A stretch of DNA of 64,000 bases from Arthrobacter sp. (GTDB lineage Bacteria > Actinomycetota > Actinomycetes > Actinomycetales > Micrococcaceae). Shown here one piece after another: positions 40,787 through 52,624 of this stretch (positions are counted from its first letter, which is position 1; each line of letters begins with the position of its first letter). A program made the position numbers and the translations under genes. The DNA lies in contig NZ_JAUNVV010000001.1 in NCBI RefSeq assembly GCF_030540645.1, positions 3,731-67,730 on the forward strand. Reading direction: 5' to 3'. Below the pieces are notes generated by a model. It saw nothing but the letters and a program-made list of their open reading frames with translations, was not told the origin of the DNA and ran no database searches.

Positions 40787-42862
40787 ATGACTCAAGCCAT
40801 CAAAACGAAGCCAGGATCAAGAGGAAGAAGATCCGCAGAACGGTATCCATCGACTCCGCCAGGATCAGTACGAAAATACCTTCCCGAAGTCCAGGGATTG
40901 AGGGCCTTGGCCGTATTGATGGTGGTTTCCTACCATGTTTGGTTCGGAAGAATTTCCGGTGGCGTGGATATTTTTTTGCTGATCTCTGCATTTCTGCTGA
41001 CAGGACAGTTCACCCGGAAGCTGGAGTCCGGCAGGGCGCTTGAACTACTCAAGTACTGGGTCCACTTATTCAAACGACTTTTGCCTCTTATCGCGATAAC
41101 GCTTCTGGCTACCCTTGGTGCCACCCGGCTGTTTCTTCCTGAGACACGATGGGGCAGTATTTTCGGCCAAACGTGGGCCTCGCTCTTCTACTATCAGAAC
41201 TGGTTTCTTGCCTCGGAGTCGGTGGACTACTACGCAGCCGACCACAGTGTGGCCAGTCCATTGCAGCATTTCTGGTCCTTATCAATCCAAGGGCAAATAT
41301 TCATCCTGTGGCCCTTGATCTTCGCCGCTGCAGCCTGGATTTCGCGAAGAGCTTGGCTGAGAATCCGGCCATTGCTGATTTTGATGTTTGGCACAGTTTT
41401 TGCTGCCTCACTGATGTTTTCAATCATCACAACCGCAAACAACCAGGCGTTCGCTTACTTTGACACGCGCACACGCCTTTGGGAATTCGCGTTGGGCTCC
41501 TTGCTTGCGCTGCTGCTGCCATATCTCAAATTCAGCCGATCTGCCCGCATTTTCTTGGGATGGCTTGGCGTTGTGGGCATGTTGTCATGCGGAATCATTC
41601 TGCAGATAGGCCAGCAGTTTCCCGGTTACATGGCATTGTGGCCCACCCTGGCAGCCGCTTGTATTATTGTCGCCGGGTTTACGGACAGCAGGAGCGGCGC
41701 CGATCGATTTCTCAGCTGGCGTCCACTCGTCAAACTGGGTGACAGTTCCTATGCGCTCTATCTTTTCCATTGGCCAATTTTGGTTACTTTCTTGGTCACT
41801 TCTGGACGGGAAACTGCCGGCCCGGTGGCCGGTTTCATTATCATTGTCGTATCCATTGCTGCGGCCTGGTTCGCTACTAAGCTCGTCGATTCGCCCGTTC
41901 GGCGCAGCAAATGGATAGAGAAGAAGCGCAGGAGGGCCCTCGCCGTCATCATTCTCTGTGTCTCGTTGGTTGCAATTCCGCTGGCTGGTTGGCAGGTAAA
42001 TATACATGCTGAAAATCTGGCGCTGAAGGCAGAGGCCGCCAGAAACAACCCTGGTGCGGCATCCTTGTCGTCTGGTTTCGTTGACGAGGCAGACAAGAAC
42101 GCGCCCATGCTCCCGCTGAAGGCGACGCTGCCCGACGATTGGCCCGTATTTGTGGGTGGGGATTGCCAAAGCAATGGACAGGAACTGCTGAACCTGTGCA
42201 GTAACGGAATTAAGGATGGAGCAAAATCCATCGTGGTCCTGGGCAGTTCTCATGCGCACGTTTGGAACACACCAATTCTGGACATGGCAAAAGAAAACCA
42301 ATGGAGCGTCACTTCCATCACCAAGGGCTACTGTCCTTTAGGAGAAGACACCTCAGTAGGTATATCTGAGAGTTGCGCCGAGTTCAACAAAGATACTTTG
42401 AAGCAGGTATTGGCCATGAAACCCGACGCGGTGGTCACTACAAGCACTCGCACCAACGTCCTGTGGCAAGTGCCGGAGCAGCTCGATCCAGGGTGGGTAT
42501 CGACCGTGAAGACCTTGAATGCGGCAGGGATCAAGGTAGTTGCCATCCGTGATACTCCGCGTCTTCCACAGAATGTGCCTGATTGCCTTGAAGAGGCGCC
42601 CACCGATTTCGTCGGATGTGGAGCGAAAAGAATAGACCTGTTCAAAAAGGCCGCACCCACGGATCAGGTGGCTGCAAGCCTTCCAGATACAAAATTCTTG
42701 GATTTCACGAAGTACTTTTGCGATGACACGGTTTGTCCCGCTGTCATTGGCAACGTTCTCGTCTATAAGGACGACAACCATGTGACGCGCACGTACATGG
42801 AAACCCTCGCGCCCTTCTTCAAAAGTGAGTTTCAGGCAGCTACTGGCTGGGACATTCACTAG
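40787..42862 (+). CDS. OafA/YrhL-type O-acetyltransferase (acyltransferase-3 membrane domain fused to an SGNH-like extracytoplasmic domain)
   Basis: 691 aa with the motif LPEVQGLRALAVLMVVSYHVWF and about 10 TM helices. A soluble C-terminal half follows (VVLGSSHA... KDDNHVTRTY). Confidence 0.85.
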   Translation: MTQAIKTKPGSRGRRSAERYPSTPPGSVRKYLPEVQGLRALAVLMVVSYHVWFGRISGGVDIFLLISAFLLTGQFTRKLESGRALELLKYWVHLFKRLLPLIAITLLATLGATRLFLPETRWGSIFGQTWASLFYYQNWFLASESVDYYAADHSVASPLQHFWSLSIQGQIFILWPLIFAAAAWISRRAWLRIRPLLILMFGTVFAASLMFSIITTANNQAFAYFDTRTRLWEFALGSLLALLLPYLKFSRSARIFLGWLGVVGMLSCGIILQIGQQFPGYMALWPTLAAACIIVAGFTDSRSGADRFLSWRPLVKLGDSSYALYLFHWPILVTFLVTSGRETAGPVAGFIIIVVSIAAAWFATKLVDSPVRRSKWIEKKRRRALAVIILCVSLVAIPLAGWQVNIHAENLALKAEAARNNPGAASLSSGFVDEADKNAPMLPLKATLPDDWPVFVGGDCQSNGQELLNLCSNGIKDGAKSIVVLGSSHAHVWNTPILDMAKENQWSVTSITKGYCPLGEDTSVGISESCAEFNKDTLKQVLAMKPDAVVTTSTRTNVLWQVPEQLDPGWVSTVKTLNAAGIKVVAIRDTPRLPQNVPDCLEEAPTDFVGCGAKRIDLFKKAAPTDQVAASLPDTKFLDFTKYFCDDTVCPAVIGNVLVYKDDNHVTRTYMETLAPFFKSEFQAATGWDIH

Positions 42863-42918
42863 CTCGATGCCAGGATGCGTCACATGTCCATCTGCATTGC
42901 ATCCCCCACGCGCCAAGA

Positions 42919-42958
42919 GGAGAGGCCCCGCACACCAGTTGGTGTGCGGGGCCTCTCC
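42919..42958. terminator. 18-bp GC-rich hairpin between convergent genes
   Basis: ggagaggccccgcacacc-agtt-ggtgtgcggggcctctcc. Confidence 0.65.
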
Positions 42959-42971
42959 GCTGGCAGAAATA

Positions 42972-44060
42972 CTAAGCAGGCTTTACATCCGGCTGGGCAT
43001 CGATCCAGTCCGCCAGACGCTCGATTCCCTGTTGGAGATTGTAACGGGGAGTCCAACCAAGAACTTTCTGTGCTGCGCTGATGTCGGCCCACGCATGGCG
43101 CACGTCGCCTTGACGGTATTGACCAGTTACGTGTGGGGCGGGGGCGCCGTAGCGGACTGCAATGGCCTGTGCAGCGGTACCAATGGTTTGGAACTCCCCG
43201 GACCCGATGTCCAAGGGAATAGGATGTGTCTTCTCCGAGGTGGCACCGGCAACGATTGCTGATGCTACGTCATCAATTAGAATAAAGTCACGGCGCACCT
43301 GGCCATCCTCGTACAACGGAATGGACTTCCCGCCCATGGCCATGCGGCAGAACAGGCTCATGATCCCCGTGTAAGGGTTGATGAGCGACTGTCCGGGGCC
43401 GTAGACGTTCTGGAGGCGAAGGACAGCTGTCTCAACGCCGTATGATTTGGCCCACGCCTGCAAGATATGTTCTTGGGCCAGCTTGGTTGCCCCATAGACG
43501 CTCACTGGGGCTGGGAACACTTCAGCAGAGTTCATTGCCGTCGGATCAGCACCTGGAAAATCCCATTCGGACTGGTCTAAGGTTTCACTCGTTCGCTGGC
43601 CTGGGTGGAAAAGCTCGCCGTTTGCATTTCGCCAAGCACCCTCTCCATAGACCGCACGGCTGGATGAGAGCACAATACGGCGGGGGAGAGCCTTGTTCCG
43701 GATGAAGCCATCCAAGAGTTGCGATGTGCCGACCACATTCACGTGGGTGTGGCGCGTCGACTCTTCAAGCGACTGACCTGTCCCGGTCTCCGCGGCCAAG
43801 TGGATCACAACATCAGGCTTGAGTTCAGGAATAATGCGGTCCCAAGTTGATGCTTCAGTGATGTCTGCGGCGATTAATTCGACACCGTCCGCCAGCCCCT
43901 CTGGACGTTCGCCGGATTCGTGAATCTGGGGATGGAGGTTGTCTACCGCCACGACCCTGCTAAAGGTTTGGAGCAGGGACTCAGAAATGGCGCAACCAAT
44001 GAAACCTGCGCCACCAGTGACGAGGACGGTCTCCATCCGTTTTTCCGGGGAATTGTGCAT
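42972..44060 (-). CDS. NAD-dependent epimerase/dehydratase (extended SDR) acting on a nucleotide sugar
   Basis: [11 protein letters not shown] Rossmann motif and YGATK catalytic motif. The start may be the second ATG at 44036. Confidence 0.8.
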   Translation of the reverse strand: MHNSPEKRMETVLVTGGAGFIGCAISESLLQTFSRVVAVDNLHPQIHESGERPEGLADGVELIAADITEASTWDRIIPELKPDVVIHLAAETGTGQSLEESTRHTHVNVVGTSQLLDGFIRNKALPRRIVLSSSRAVYGEGAWRNANGELFHPGQRTSETLDQSEWDFPGADPTAMNSAEVFPAPVSVYGATKLAQEHILQAWAKSYGVETAVLRLQNVYGPGQSLINPYTGIMSLFCRMAMGGKSIPLYEDGQVRRDFILIDDVASAIVAGATSEKTHPIPLDIGSGEFQTIGTAAQAIAVRYGAPAPHVTGQYRQGDVRHAWADISAAQKVLGWTPRYNLQQGIERLADWIDAQPDVKPA

Positions 44061-44112
44061 TGTAGGGCTCTTTCTCGAATCGGTTATGAAGCAATAGGGC
44101 GGGAAGCCAGAA

Positions 44113-45000
44113 CTAAGAGCCGAAGGCGTGGCGTGCTAACGTTCCGGCGGCTTTCGTATCACGGGCCAGAAGTGCCTTTGGCATGAGGGCAAGTGCATGG
44201 GCTCTGGATGTCAACCGCAGTTTCGCGGCCCTGGCAGCTTTTGTCCATCCGATCTCGGCTGCCTGGCTCGCAGCAAGACTGAAGTAGTCGCGTTCACCGA
44301 TGAATCGTGAACCATCAATCAATTTTGCCGATGACGCACTGTTGGAATGCCGTCGGTATGAGAAACAAACCGTCGGTTCAATGAGCAACTGGTCTCCTGC
44401 ATAAATCATGTCCATGATGAGGGCAAGATCTTGAATAATGGGGAAACCGTCACGGAAATCAACGGCTCGCATCCTATCGGTGCGGAAGGCCAAAGCTGGC
44501 CAATACAACCAGTCGCCGTGCATCAAATTGGCAGCGATCGACTCACCCGAGACCAGTTGGGGACCGTTGCCATGTGGACGAACCAAACGCTGCTTAATGG
44601 TGTCGACAAAAGTCTTGACAACAACGCTGCGTTCATCGATGACTTGTACGCCGGGCTGAATAATGGCCGCGTTGGGAAATCTTTCGTGTGCTGCATTGAT
44701 CGTGTCCACATAATTGGGAAGAAGAACGTCATCACAGCCGAGGATCACCATAACCTGTTCCGTGGCAAGAGAGACGCATGTGCGGTAGTTCGCCGTGATG
44801 CCTCCGTTTTGCTCTTTGCGGATATATTTTATACGGCTGTCGTTCAGGCTTGTAAAGAATTCTTGAATTTCAAGTTCGGGATAGGCATCATCCACGACCG
44901 TCAGCAGCCAATCGTTACTGGTCTGGGCCAGAACGCTATTGACTGTCTCTTTCATGTAGCCGGGGTCTCCCCAGTATGGAATGAAAATGTCCAAGGGCAT
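44113..45000 (-). CDS. Glycosyltransferase family 2
   Basis: IFIPYWGDPGYMKETVNSVLAQT...LTVVDDA...ILGCDDVLLPNYV (GT-A fold with a DxD-type motif). Confidence 0.8.
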   Translation of the reverse strand: MPLDIFIPYWGDPGYMKETVNSVLAQTSNDWLLTVVDDAYPELEIQEFFTSLNDSRIKYIRKEQNGGITANYRTCVSLATEQVMVILGCDDVLLPNYVDTINAAHERFPNAAIIQPGVQVIDERSVVVKTFVDTIKQRLVRPHGNGPQLVSGESIAANLMHGDWLYWPALAFRTDRMRAVDFRDGFPIIQDLALIMDMIYAGDQLLIEPTVCFSYRRHSNSASSAKLIDGSRFIGERDYFSLAASQAAEIGWTKAARAAKLRLTSRAHALALMPKALLARDTKAAGTLARHAFGS

Positions 45001-45049
45001 AGTGGGTATGTCTCCTTCTCCCCTGGATCAGGGGCACGGCCGGGATGGC

Positions 45050-45430
45050 CTAGGTTTCGTTTCTTGGGGACTGGTCGGTCAGTGCGTCAATTCTTGACTC
45101 AAGTTTGTCGATCTGCGCGCGGAGAATTGCAGCTTCTTCAGCCAGCACACGGGTCTCGTCCTCAACAACGGAGATTTCCCACGAAAGATGCAGGCAAACC
45201 CCGAGAGCCAGAACAATGCTCATTGCAAAAAGTAGGTTTGAAGGAACTTGTACGTGGAGAGTATGTGCAACGATTTCGAGCAGGCGTGGGAACGCTGCAA
45301 GGACCAGCATTGACAGCCCAACGAGCAGCCACAGCGCAGCGTACTTTTCCCTTATCTTCTTCCGACGCAACATGTCGAAAACAATCAGGACAATAACAAT
45401 CGAAAGTATTAGTGCGGCGATAACCGACAT
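45050..45430 (-). CDS. DUF2304-type small membrane protein
   Basis: 126 aa with the LRRKKIREKYAALWLLVG motif, 3-4 TM helices and a C-terminal coiled tail. It is the typical partner of the upstream GT2. Confidence 0.75.
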   Translation of the reverse strand: MSVIAALILSIVIVLIVFDMLRRKKIREKYAALWLLVGLSMLVLAAFPRLLEIVAHTLHVQVPSNLLFAMSIVLALGVCLHLSWEISVVEDETRVLAEEAAILRAQIDKLESRIDALTDQSPRNET

Positions 45431-45438
45431 GGCCTAAT

Positions 45439-46182
45439 TTATCCTGCTTCAGGTTCGGTCTGGAATAGGGTGGACGGTTTTCTCGTGAGTGCAAAAAGGA
45501 AGGCGAAAATACTCCGGCCCAGATAGATGGCCGCCTTGGCCGGATTATGGCTTGGAGTCCCAGCCTGGCGGGCACGCATCTCCACTGGTACTTGGGTGAC
45601 TTTGCAGCCTGATCGAATCGCAACGACAAGTGAGTCAATGGTGTCGCCGAGATATTCTGCCGGATAGTGGTCTAAGTATTGTGCGATCCCCCGAGTGTTT
45701 GCGGCACGAAATCCGGAGGTGACGTCAGTCAAGCGAGTGCCCGCAAGAGTGGAAATAGTCTTTGCCAGAAAAACCATGGCCCATTTTCGTGGACCACTGA
45801 CCGAATAAGTCCCTTTGTCGGCAAAGCGGGCTCCGATGGATATATCCGCATTCTCCAGTCCTTGGAGCACTACGGCAATGTCCTTCGGATCATGTTGTCC
45901 ATCGGCATCGACTTGGATCACCGCGTCATAATTGTGTCGGCTGGCATATTTGAATCCGGCGCGCATGGCACCTCCCACGCCCAAATTGAATGGCAGATGA
46001 AGCACTGTTGCGCCTGCATTGGCCGCCACTTCTGCTGTGTTGTCAGTCGACCCATCGTTGACTACAAGGATGTCGTATTTTTCCGGTCGCGCCAAGACTT
46101 CGCGAACGGTATTACCGACAGCCAAACCCTCGTTCCAAGCGGGCATAATGACGAGTACGCGTTGTAGAAGTGGGTCGGTCAT
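45439..46182 (-). CDS. GT2 polyprenyl-phosphate glycosyltransferase-like enzyme (GtrB/CsbB/Ppm1-like)
   Basis: ATG at 46182: MTDPLLQRVLVIMPAWNEGLAVGNTV...ILVVNDGSTDNT...VIQVDADGQHDP. Confidence 0.75.
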   Translation of the reverse strand: MTDPLLQRVLVIMPAWNEGLAVGNTVREVLARPEKYDILVVNDGSTDNTAEVAANAGATVLHLPFNLGVGGAMRAGFKYASRHNYDAVIQVDADGQHDPKDIAVVLQGLENADISIGARFADKGTYSVSGPRKWAMVFLAKTISTLAGTRLTDVTSGFRAANTRGIAQYLDHYPAEYLGDTIDSLVVAIRSGCKVTQVPVEMRARQAGTPSHNPAKAAIYLGRSIFAFLFALTRKPSTLFQTEPEAG

Positions 46183-46258
46183 GATCTCCAATCTATACCA
46201 ATCAGGTTCAAGACAATGAGTTCTTGGACGCACGAGGCGTCTCGCATCGGTGGCATGA

Positions 46259-47263
46259 CTAGTCCAAACCGTAGTTGTTCACGGAATGGCGGAGATAGAT
46301 TTTGGCAAATGTGTTTGGTGCCACTTTCAGCATCAGGGCTGCAGCAGCGAATTTGGGCTTCGCCATTGCGGCAGCCAATATCCATGATGTGCGGAGGGCA
46401 CGACGGCAGTCGTCGATGGTTGACCTAGCCGCAGGCTGTCGTGCAAGCTTCATGATTGCACTTTGGGCGACGATGAGAGTGATGAGCAACCGCATAGTTG
46501 CATATGGCTTGGCGAACCGTCCTGTACGCAGTTCCTCTGGAAGATGCCGATGAAGATCTGCCAGCGCTAAATCTGAATCGCTCCGTGAAGGAATCCTTCC
46601 CCACGTCAACGACCCAGGTGAGATGTAATATCTGTTCAGTGGCACGGATGAACTAGTAACTGTGCGGGCTCGGGAGTCCAAAAGAACGTTGATGGTCATG
46701 TCTTCGAACCGAGTCGACCCCTCAGGGAAACTGATGCCGTTGAAAAGTGTCCTCCGGTAAACTTTGTCCCAGGCAAACGGCAGGATTTCATCGAGCATGG
46801 CAGCACGCATGGCTTCCAGTCCTGTGCACCGGCCGACGAATTGGCTGTGACGGGCCGACTCGGTTCCGTCGGGTCGGACCACAAAATGCCCAGCAATCGA
46901 AATATCGGTACCGTCGGTCAGGGCAGATACATGGTGTTCAAGGAATTCGGGCAAAAATTCGTCGTCTGAGTCCAGGAAGGCGACTAGTGTTCCGGAGGCA
47001 GCCCGCAGTGCTTCATTGCGAACGCCGGAGGGTCCGATGTTCTGCTCCATGCTAATAACGCGAACGCGTGGATCCTTAGTTTCGGCAATAGTCGCGTTGA
47101 TGACATCCAGTGTCTTGTCCGTGGAGGCGTCGTTGACGATAATGAGTTCAAAATCGGTAAAAGTCTGTGTAAGCACACTGTTGATGGAGCGCTGCACAGT
47201 GGAAGCTGAGTTGAAGCAAGGCATGATGATTGAAACGTGGGGGTTGCTAGTCATCGATTGCAT
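46259..47263 (-). CDS. Glycosyltransferase family 2
   Basis: VSIIMPCFNSASTVQRSINSVLTQTFTDFELIIVNDASTD...FLDSDDEF. Confidence 0.8.
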   Translation of the reverse strand: MQSMTSNPHVSIIMPCFNSASTVQRSINSVLTQTFTDFELIIVNDASTDKTLDVINATIAETKDPRVRVISMEQNIGPSGVRNEALRAASGTLVAFLDSDDEFLPEFLEHHVSALTDGTDISIAGHFVVRPDGTESARHSQFVGRCTGLEAMRAAMLDEILPFAWDKVYRRTLFNGISFPEGSTRFEDMTINVLLDSRARTVTSSSVPLNRYYISPGSLTWGRIPSRSDSDLALADLHRHLPEELRTGRFAKPYATMRLLITLIVAQSAIMKLARQPAARSTIDDCRRALRTSWILAAAMAKPKFAAAALMLKVAPNTFAKIYLRHSVNNYGLD

Positions 47264-48523
47264 CCTTCGGGGTTAAAGAGACCAAGAGCGACTTGTGTTC
47301 GTTGCGAAGTACGCCCACAGCATGTACTACGGCGCCAATTATGGGACCGACAAAGAGACTCACCACAACCGTTTGATCCAGTGGACCTGGAATGAAAAGT
47401 ATTGCAACTGAAGCTGCAGTCGCTACAACCCATCCGGACAGATAAAGACGATGCAGACCGCGGGCCATAGCCGCGGTTCCCGTCAATGTCAGGATTGCCA
47501 GAAATGCAGCAGCAAACGTCAATGCTCCCAGCAGCCACCCATCAACGGAATAGTCGGGACCAAAAATGAGCATGATGTAAGGGCCTACAACAGCAGCCAG
47601 TATTCCACCCACCATGCCCAACGCGAGAATTGCCGCAAAAGGTTTTACAAGTACTTGAACGGCTGGACGTTGTGAGTGGATTAGGGATGTCATGACAACG
47701 CCTTGGAAGGCCTGCAGTGGAATCATGATGGGAGCCCGCGTAAGGGAAACCGCCAGCAGAAGGGGTGCAGCCACCGCAAAATCGGCAGGAGTGGCAGCTA
47801 CTTTAATGACTGCGGGGAACCCTGTAATCAGGACGGCTGTGGAGGCCGCGGTCGCCATGGCCAGACCGCAACGAACAACGTATGCCAGCACTCCGACATC
47901 AGCGCGTGCACGCAAAGCATTGCGGCCGCCGCTGGTAAATGCCGCAAAGTAGAACCAGACAAGGGTTCCACTCAACGCACCGAACTCAAGACCAAAGAGG
48001 CTTCCGCCAAGGAACGCAGCAAGCGCCATGACAAGAAGCCTGACAATTGCCTCCGTGGCTGCCAATGAAGAATAGGTTCCCCATCGTTCCAAACCGGCTG
48101 TTGCGCCAGCCAGTCCTATGTGGCCGGAATACAATAAAACAGAAAGTGCGATTCCAAGCCAGAGCAAGGGTGGGGCGCCAGGGATCAATGCCGGCATCCA
48201 GACCGGACTGCTCAAGGCGAGAAACAGCGCAGCTGCAGCACCGATCAAGAGGGACACCGGCAAAACAGGCGCGCCAAGGACAACGGATCGATTTGCAGAC
48301 ATCGAACGGGATTTGACTGAGCGCGTGGCTTCAGTCATCAACCCAGTGAGTACACCGAAACAGCCCAGCAAGACACCCCAGAATGCCAAAAAATTTGCGT
48401 TTTCACTTGGTGTAAGGCTGCGGGAGGCGACAATGAGCACCAAGTATCCGCTCGCTGCGGCAACTAGGGACGACAAACCTACGGATGAGAGATTCTTACC
48501 CTTGCTGGATGCAGGAGGCGACA

Positions 48524-50152
<1,629 letters not shown>

Positions 50153-50154
50153 CG

Positions 50155-51564
50155 ATGAGCATTGAGTTCTCCAAAAAACTCGCGTCCACCGAGACATCGA
50201 TTCCCGGCGTCGTCCTGTACGACCTGCCCGTCCACGGGGATAATAGGGGCTGGTTCAAGGAAAACTGGCAGCGGGAAAAAATGCTGGACCTTGGCTTGCC
50301 CGATTTCTCCCCGGTGCAAAACAATATTTCCTTTAACGAAAAAGCAGGCACCACCCGTGGCATCCACGCTGAGCCGTGGGACAAGTTCATCTCCGTGGCC
50401 ACGGGCAGGATCTTCGGGGCATGGGTTGACCTGCGGGAAGGGGAATCCTTCGGTGCGGTATTTACGGCGGAAATGGATCCCTCCCAGGCTATTTTCATTC
50501 CCCGCGGCGTGGGTAACGCTTTCCAAACCCTGGAAGACAACACTGCCTACACGTATCTGGTCAACGACCATTGGTCTGCCGATGCTCAAGGACAATACAC
50601 GTTCCTGAACTTGTCAGATGAGACGGCAGCCATCGCCTGGCCGATCCCGCTGGAGGAGGCAGAACTGTCCGATAAAGACAAAGCACACCCCCGCCTGGCG
50701 CAGGTAAGCCCGATGGGCGCCAAGAAGATCTTGGTCCTGGGTGCAGACGGGCAGTTAGGCAAGGCCTTGCGTGCCGCCTACAACGGCAAGAACAATGTTG
50801 AGTTCGCCGCCCGCACGGATTTCAACCTCACGTCCGAGTCTTCCTACACCGGCCGGAACTGGAAAAACTACTCCACGATCATCAACGCTGCCGCGTACAC
50901 CGCTGTGGATGCGGCAGAAACCCCGGACGGGCGGGCTGCGGCGTGGGCCGTCAACGTCACTGCCGTGGCAAACCTTGCCAAAGTCGCCACCGCCCACGGC
51001 ATCACTCTTGTCCACGTTTCCAGCGACTACGTCTTTGACGGCACAGCCGCAACGCATGATGAAGATGAAGTCTTTACGCCCTTGGGTGTCTATGGACAGT
51101 CCAAAGCAGCTGGCGACGCCATTGTCTCGACCGTTCCCCGCCACTTCATTGTGCGCACCAGCTGGGTCATCGGCGAAGGCAGCAACTTCGTGCGCACCAT
51201 GGCCTCCCTTGCTGCCCGTGGCATCGCGCCCAGCGTCGTCAATGACCAGATCGGCCGCCTGAGCTTCACCGAAGACATTGCCGCCGGCATCAAGCACTTG
51301 CTCGAAACCGGGGCCGACTATGGTGTGTACAATCTCAGCAATGAGGGGGAACCCCAATCTTGGTCCGACATTGCCGCTGACGTCTATGAGCTCACAGGCC
51401 ATAGCCGTGAGGCTGTGACCGGCATCAGTACCGAAGAATACTTCAAGGGTAAGGATGCGGCCCCAAGGCCGTTGAAAAGTGCCTTGGACTTGACGCGCAT
51501 TAAGGCCACCGGCTTCGAGCCGACATCAGCTGCGGTGCGCCTGGCCGAGTATCTAGACAAGTAG
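50155..51564 (+). CDS. rfbCD: Fused dTDP-4-dehydrorhamnose 3,5-epimerase / dTDP-4-dehydrorhamnose reductase
   Basis: The N-terminal ~190 aa form an RmlC cupin (DNRGWFKENW...RGIHAEPWDKFI...PRGVGNAFQTL). The C-terminal ~280 aa are RmlD (ILVLGADGQLG...INAAAYTAVD...HVSSDYVFDG...YGQSKAAGD). Confidence 0.9.
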   Translation: MSIEFSKKLASTETSIPGVVLYDLPVHGDNRGWFKENWQREKMLDLGLPDFSPVQNNISFNEKAGTTRGIHAEPWDKFISVATGRIFGAWVDLREGESFGAVFTAEMDPSQAIFIPRGVGNAFQTLEDNTAYTYLVNDHWSADAQGQYTFLNLSDETAAIAWPIPLEEAELSDKDKAHPRLAQVSPMGAKKILVLGADGQLGKALRAAYNGKNNVEFAARTDFNLTSESSYTGRNWKNYSTIINAAAYTAVDAAETPDGRAAAWAVNVTAVANLAKVATAHGITLVHVSSDYVFDGTAATHDEDEVFTPLGVYGQSKAAGDAIVSTVPRHFIVRTSWVIGEGSNFVRTMASLAARGIAPSVVNDQIGRLSFTEDIAAGIKHLLETGADYGVYNLSNEGEPQSWSDIAADVYELTGHSREAVTGISTEEYFKGKDAAPRPLKSALDLTRIKATGFEPTSAAVRLAEYLDK

Positions 51565-51566
51565 AA

Positions 51567-52595
51567 ATGGAAACGATGAGAGTTTTGGTCACAGGTGGTG
51601 CCGGTTACATCGGCTCGCACACGGTTCTTTGCCTGCTGGAAGCCGGGTACGACGTCGTCGTGCTTGATAACCTTGCGAACTCGTCCGTCGAGTCGCTGAA
51701 GCGGGTGGAAGAGCTAACGGGAAAGCGTCCGGAGTTCGTTGAGTTGGACCTGCTCGACGCGGACGGCGTGGACAACTTGTTTGAAGCCGGAGGATTCGAT
51801 TCGGTGATCCACTTCGCCGGGTTGAAGGCTGTGGGGGAGTCCGTGGCCGAACCGCTGCGCTACTACCAAAACAATATTGTCGGCACCCTGAACCTCTTGG
51901 CATCGATGGACAAACACGGTGTCCGCACGATTGTTTTCAGCTCATCTGCGACAGTCTACGGCGCCAGCGAAGAAGTGCCACTTATCGAAAAAATGCCCCT
52001 CGATGCGACCAATCCCTATGGGCGCACGAAAGAACAAATCGAAGACATCCTCAGCGACCTGGGTGCAGCCGACCCTACTTGGCGGGTGGCGCTGCTGCGC
52101 TACTTCAACCCGGTCGGTGCCCACGAGTCAGGACGCATTGGTGAGGACCCCACCGGGATACCCAACAACTTGCTACCCTTCGTTGCACAGGTCGCTGTGG
52201 GACGCCGTGACAAGGTCTTGGTGTTTGGCAATGACTACGCCACTCCGGACGGCACCGGTGTTCGCGACTACATCCACGTCATGGACCTTGCCGCCGGGCA
52301 CCTTGCCGCACTGGGCTACCTTGGCAACCACCCAGGGGTATTCACGTGGAACTTGGGAACAGGAAATGGCGCCTCAGTACTGGAAGTCATTCAAGCCTTT
52401 GGTGATGCCGTTGGTAGGCCGATCCCGTTCGAGTTCGCTCCCCGACGTCCAGGGGACGCTGCTGTGAGTTATGCTGATCCCTCTGCTGCGCTTGCCGACC
52501 TGGGCTGGTCTGCGAGTCGCAATCTGGACCAGATGTGCGCCGACCACTGGCGCTGGCAGGAAAACAATCCGAATGGCTACGCGTCGCAGCACTAG
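51567..52595 (+). CDS. galE: UDP-glucose 4-epimerase
   Basis: MRVLVTGGAGYIGSH..., YGRTKEQIE and LRYFNPVGAH. The start is at 51567 or 51576. Confidence 0.9.
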   Translation: METMRVLVTGGAGYIGSHTVLCLLEAGYDVVVLDNLANSSVESLKRVEELTGKRPEFVELDLLDADGVDNLFEAGGFDSVIHFAGLKAVGESVAEPLRYYQNNIVGTLNLLASMDKHGVRTIVFSSSATVYGASEEVPLIEKMPLDATNPYGRTKEQIEDILSDLGAADPTWRVALLRYFNPVGAHESGRIGEDPTGIPNNLLPFVAQVAVGRRDKVLVFGNDYATPDGTGVRDYIHVMDLAAGHLAALGYLGNHPGVFTWNLGTGNGASVLEVIQAFGDAVGRPIPFEFAPRRPGDAAVSYADPSAALADLGWSASRNLDQMCADHWRWQENNPNGYASQH

Positions 52596-52624
52596 TCCCT
52601 GCGACAACAGAACATGGTACATAA

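Noticed and set aside
44431-45396. 321-aa plus-strand ORF
   Set aside because: It is antisense to the GT2 and DUF2304 genes and has no recognisable features.
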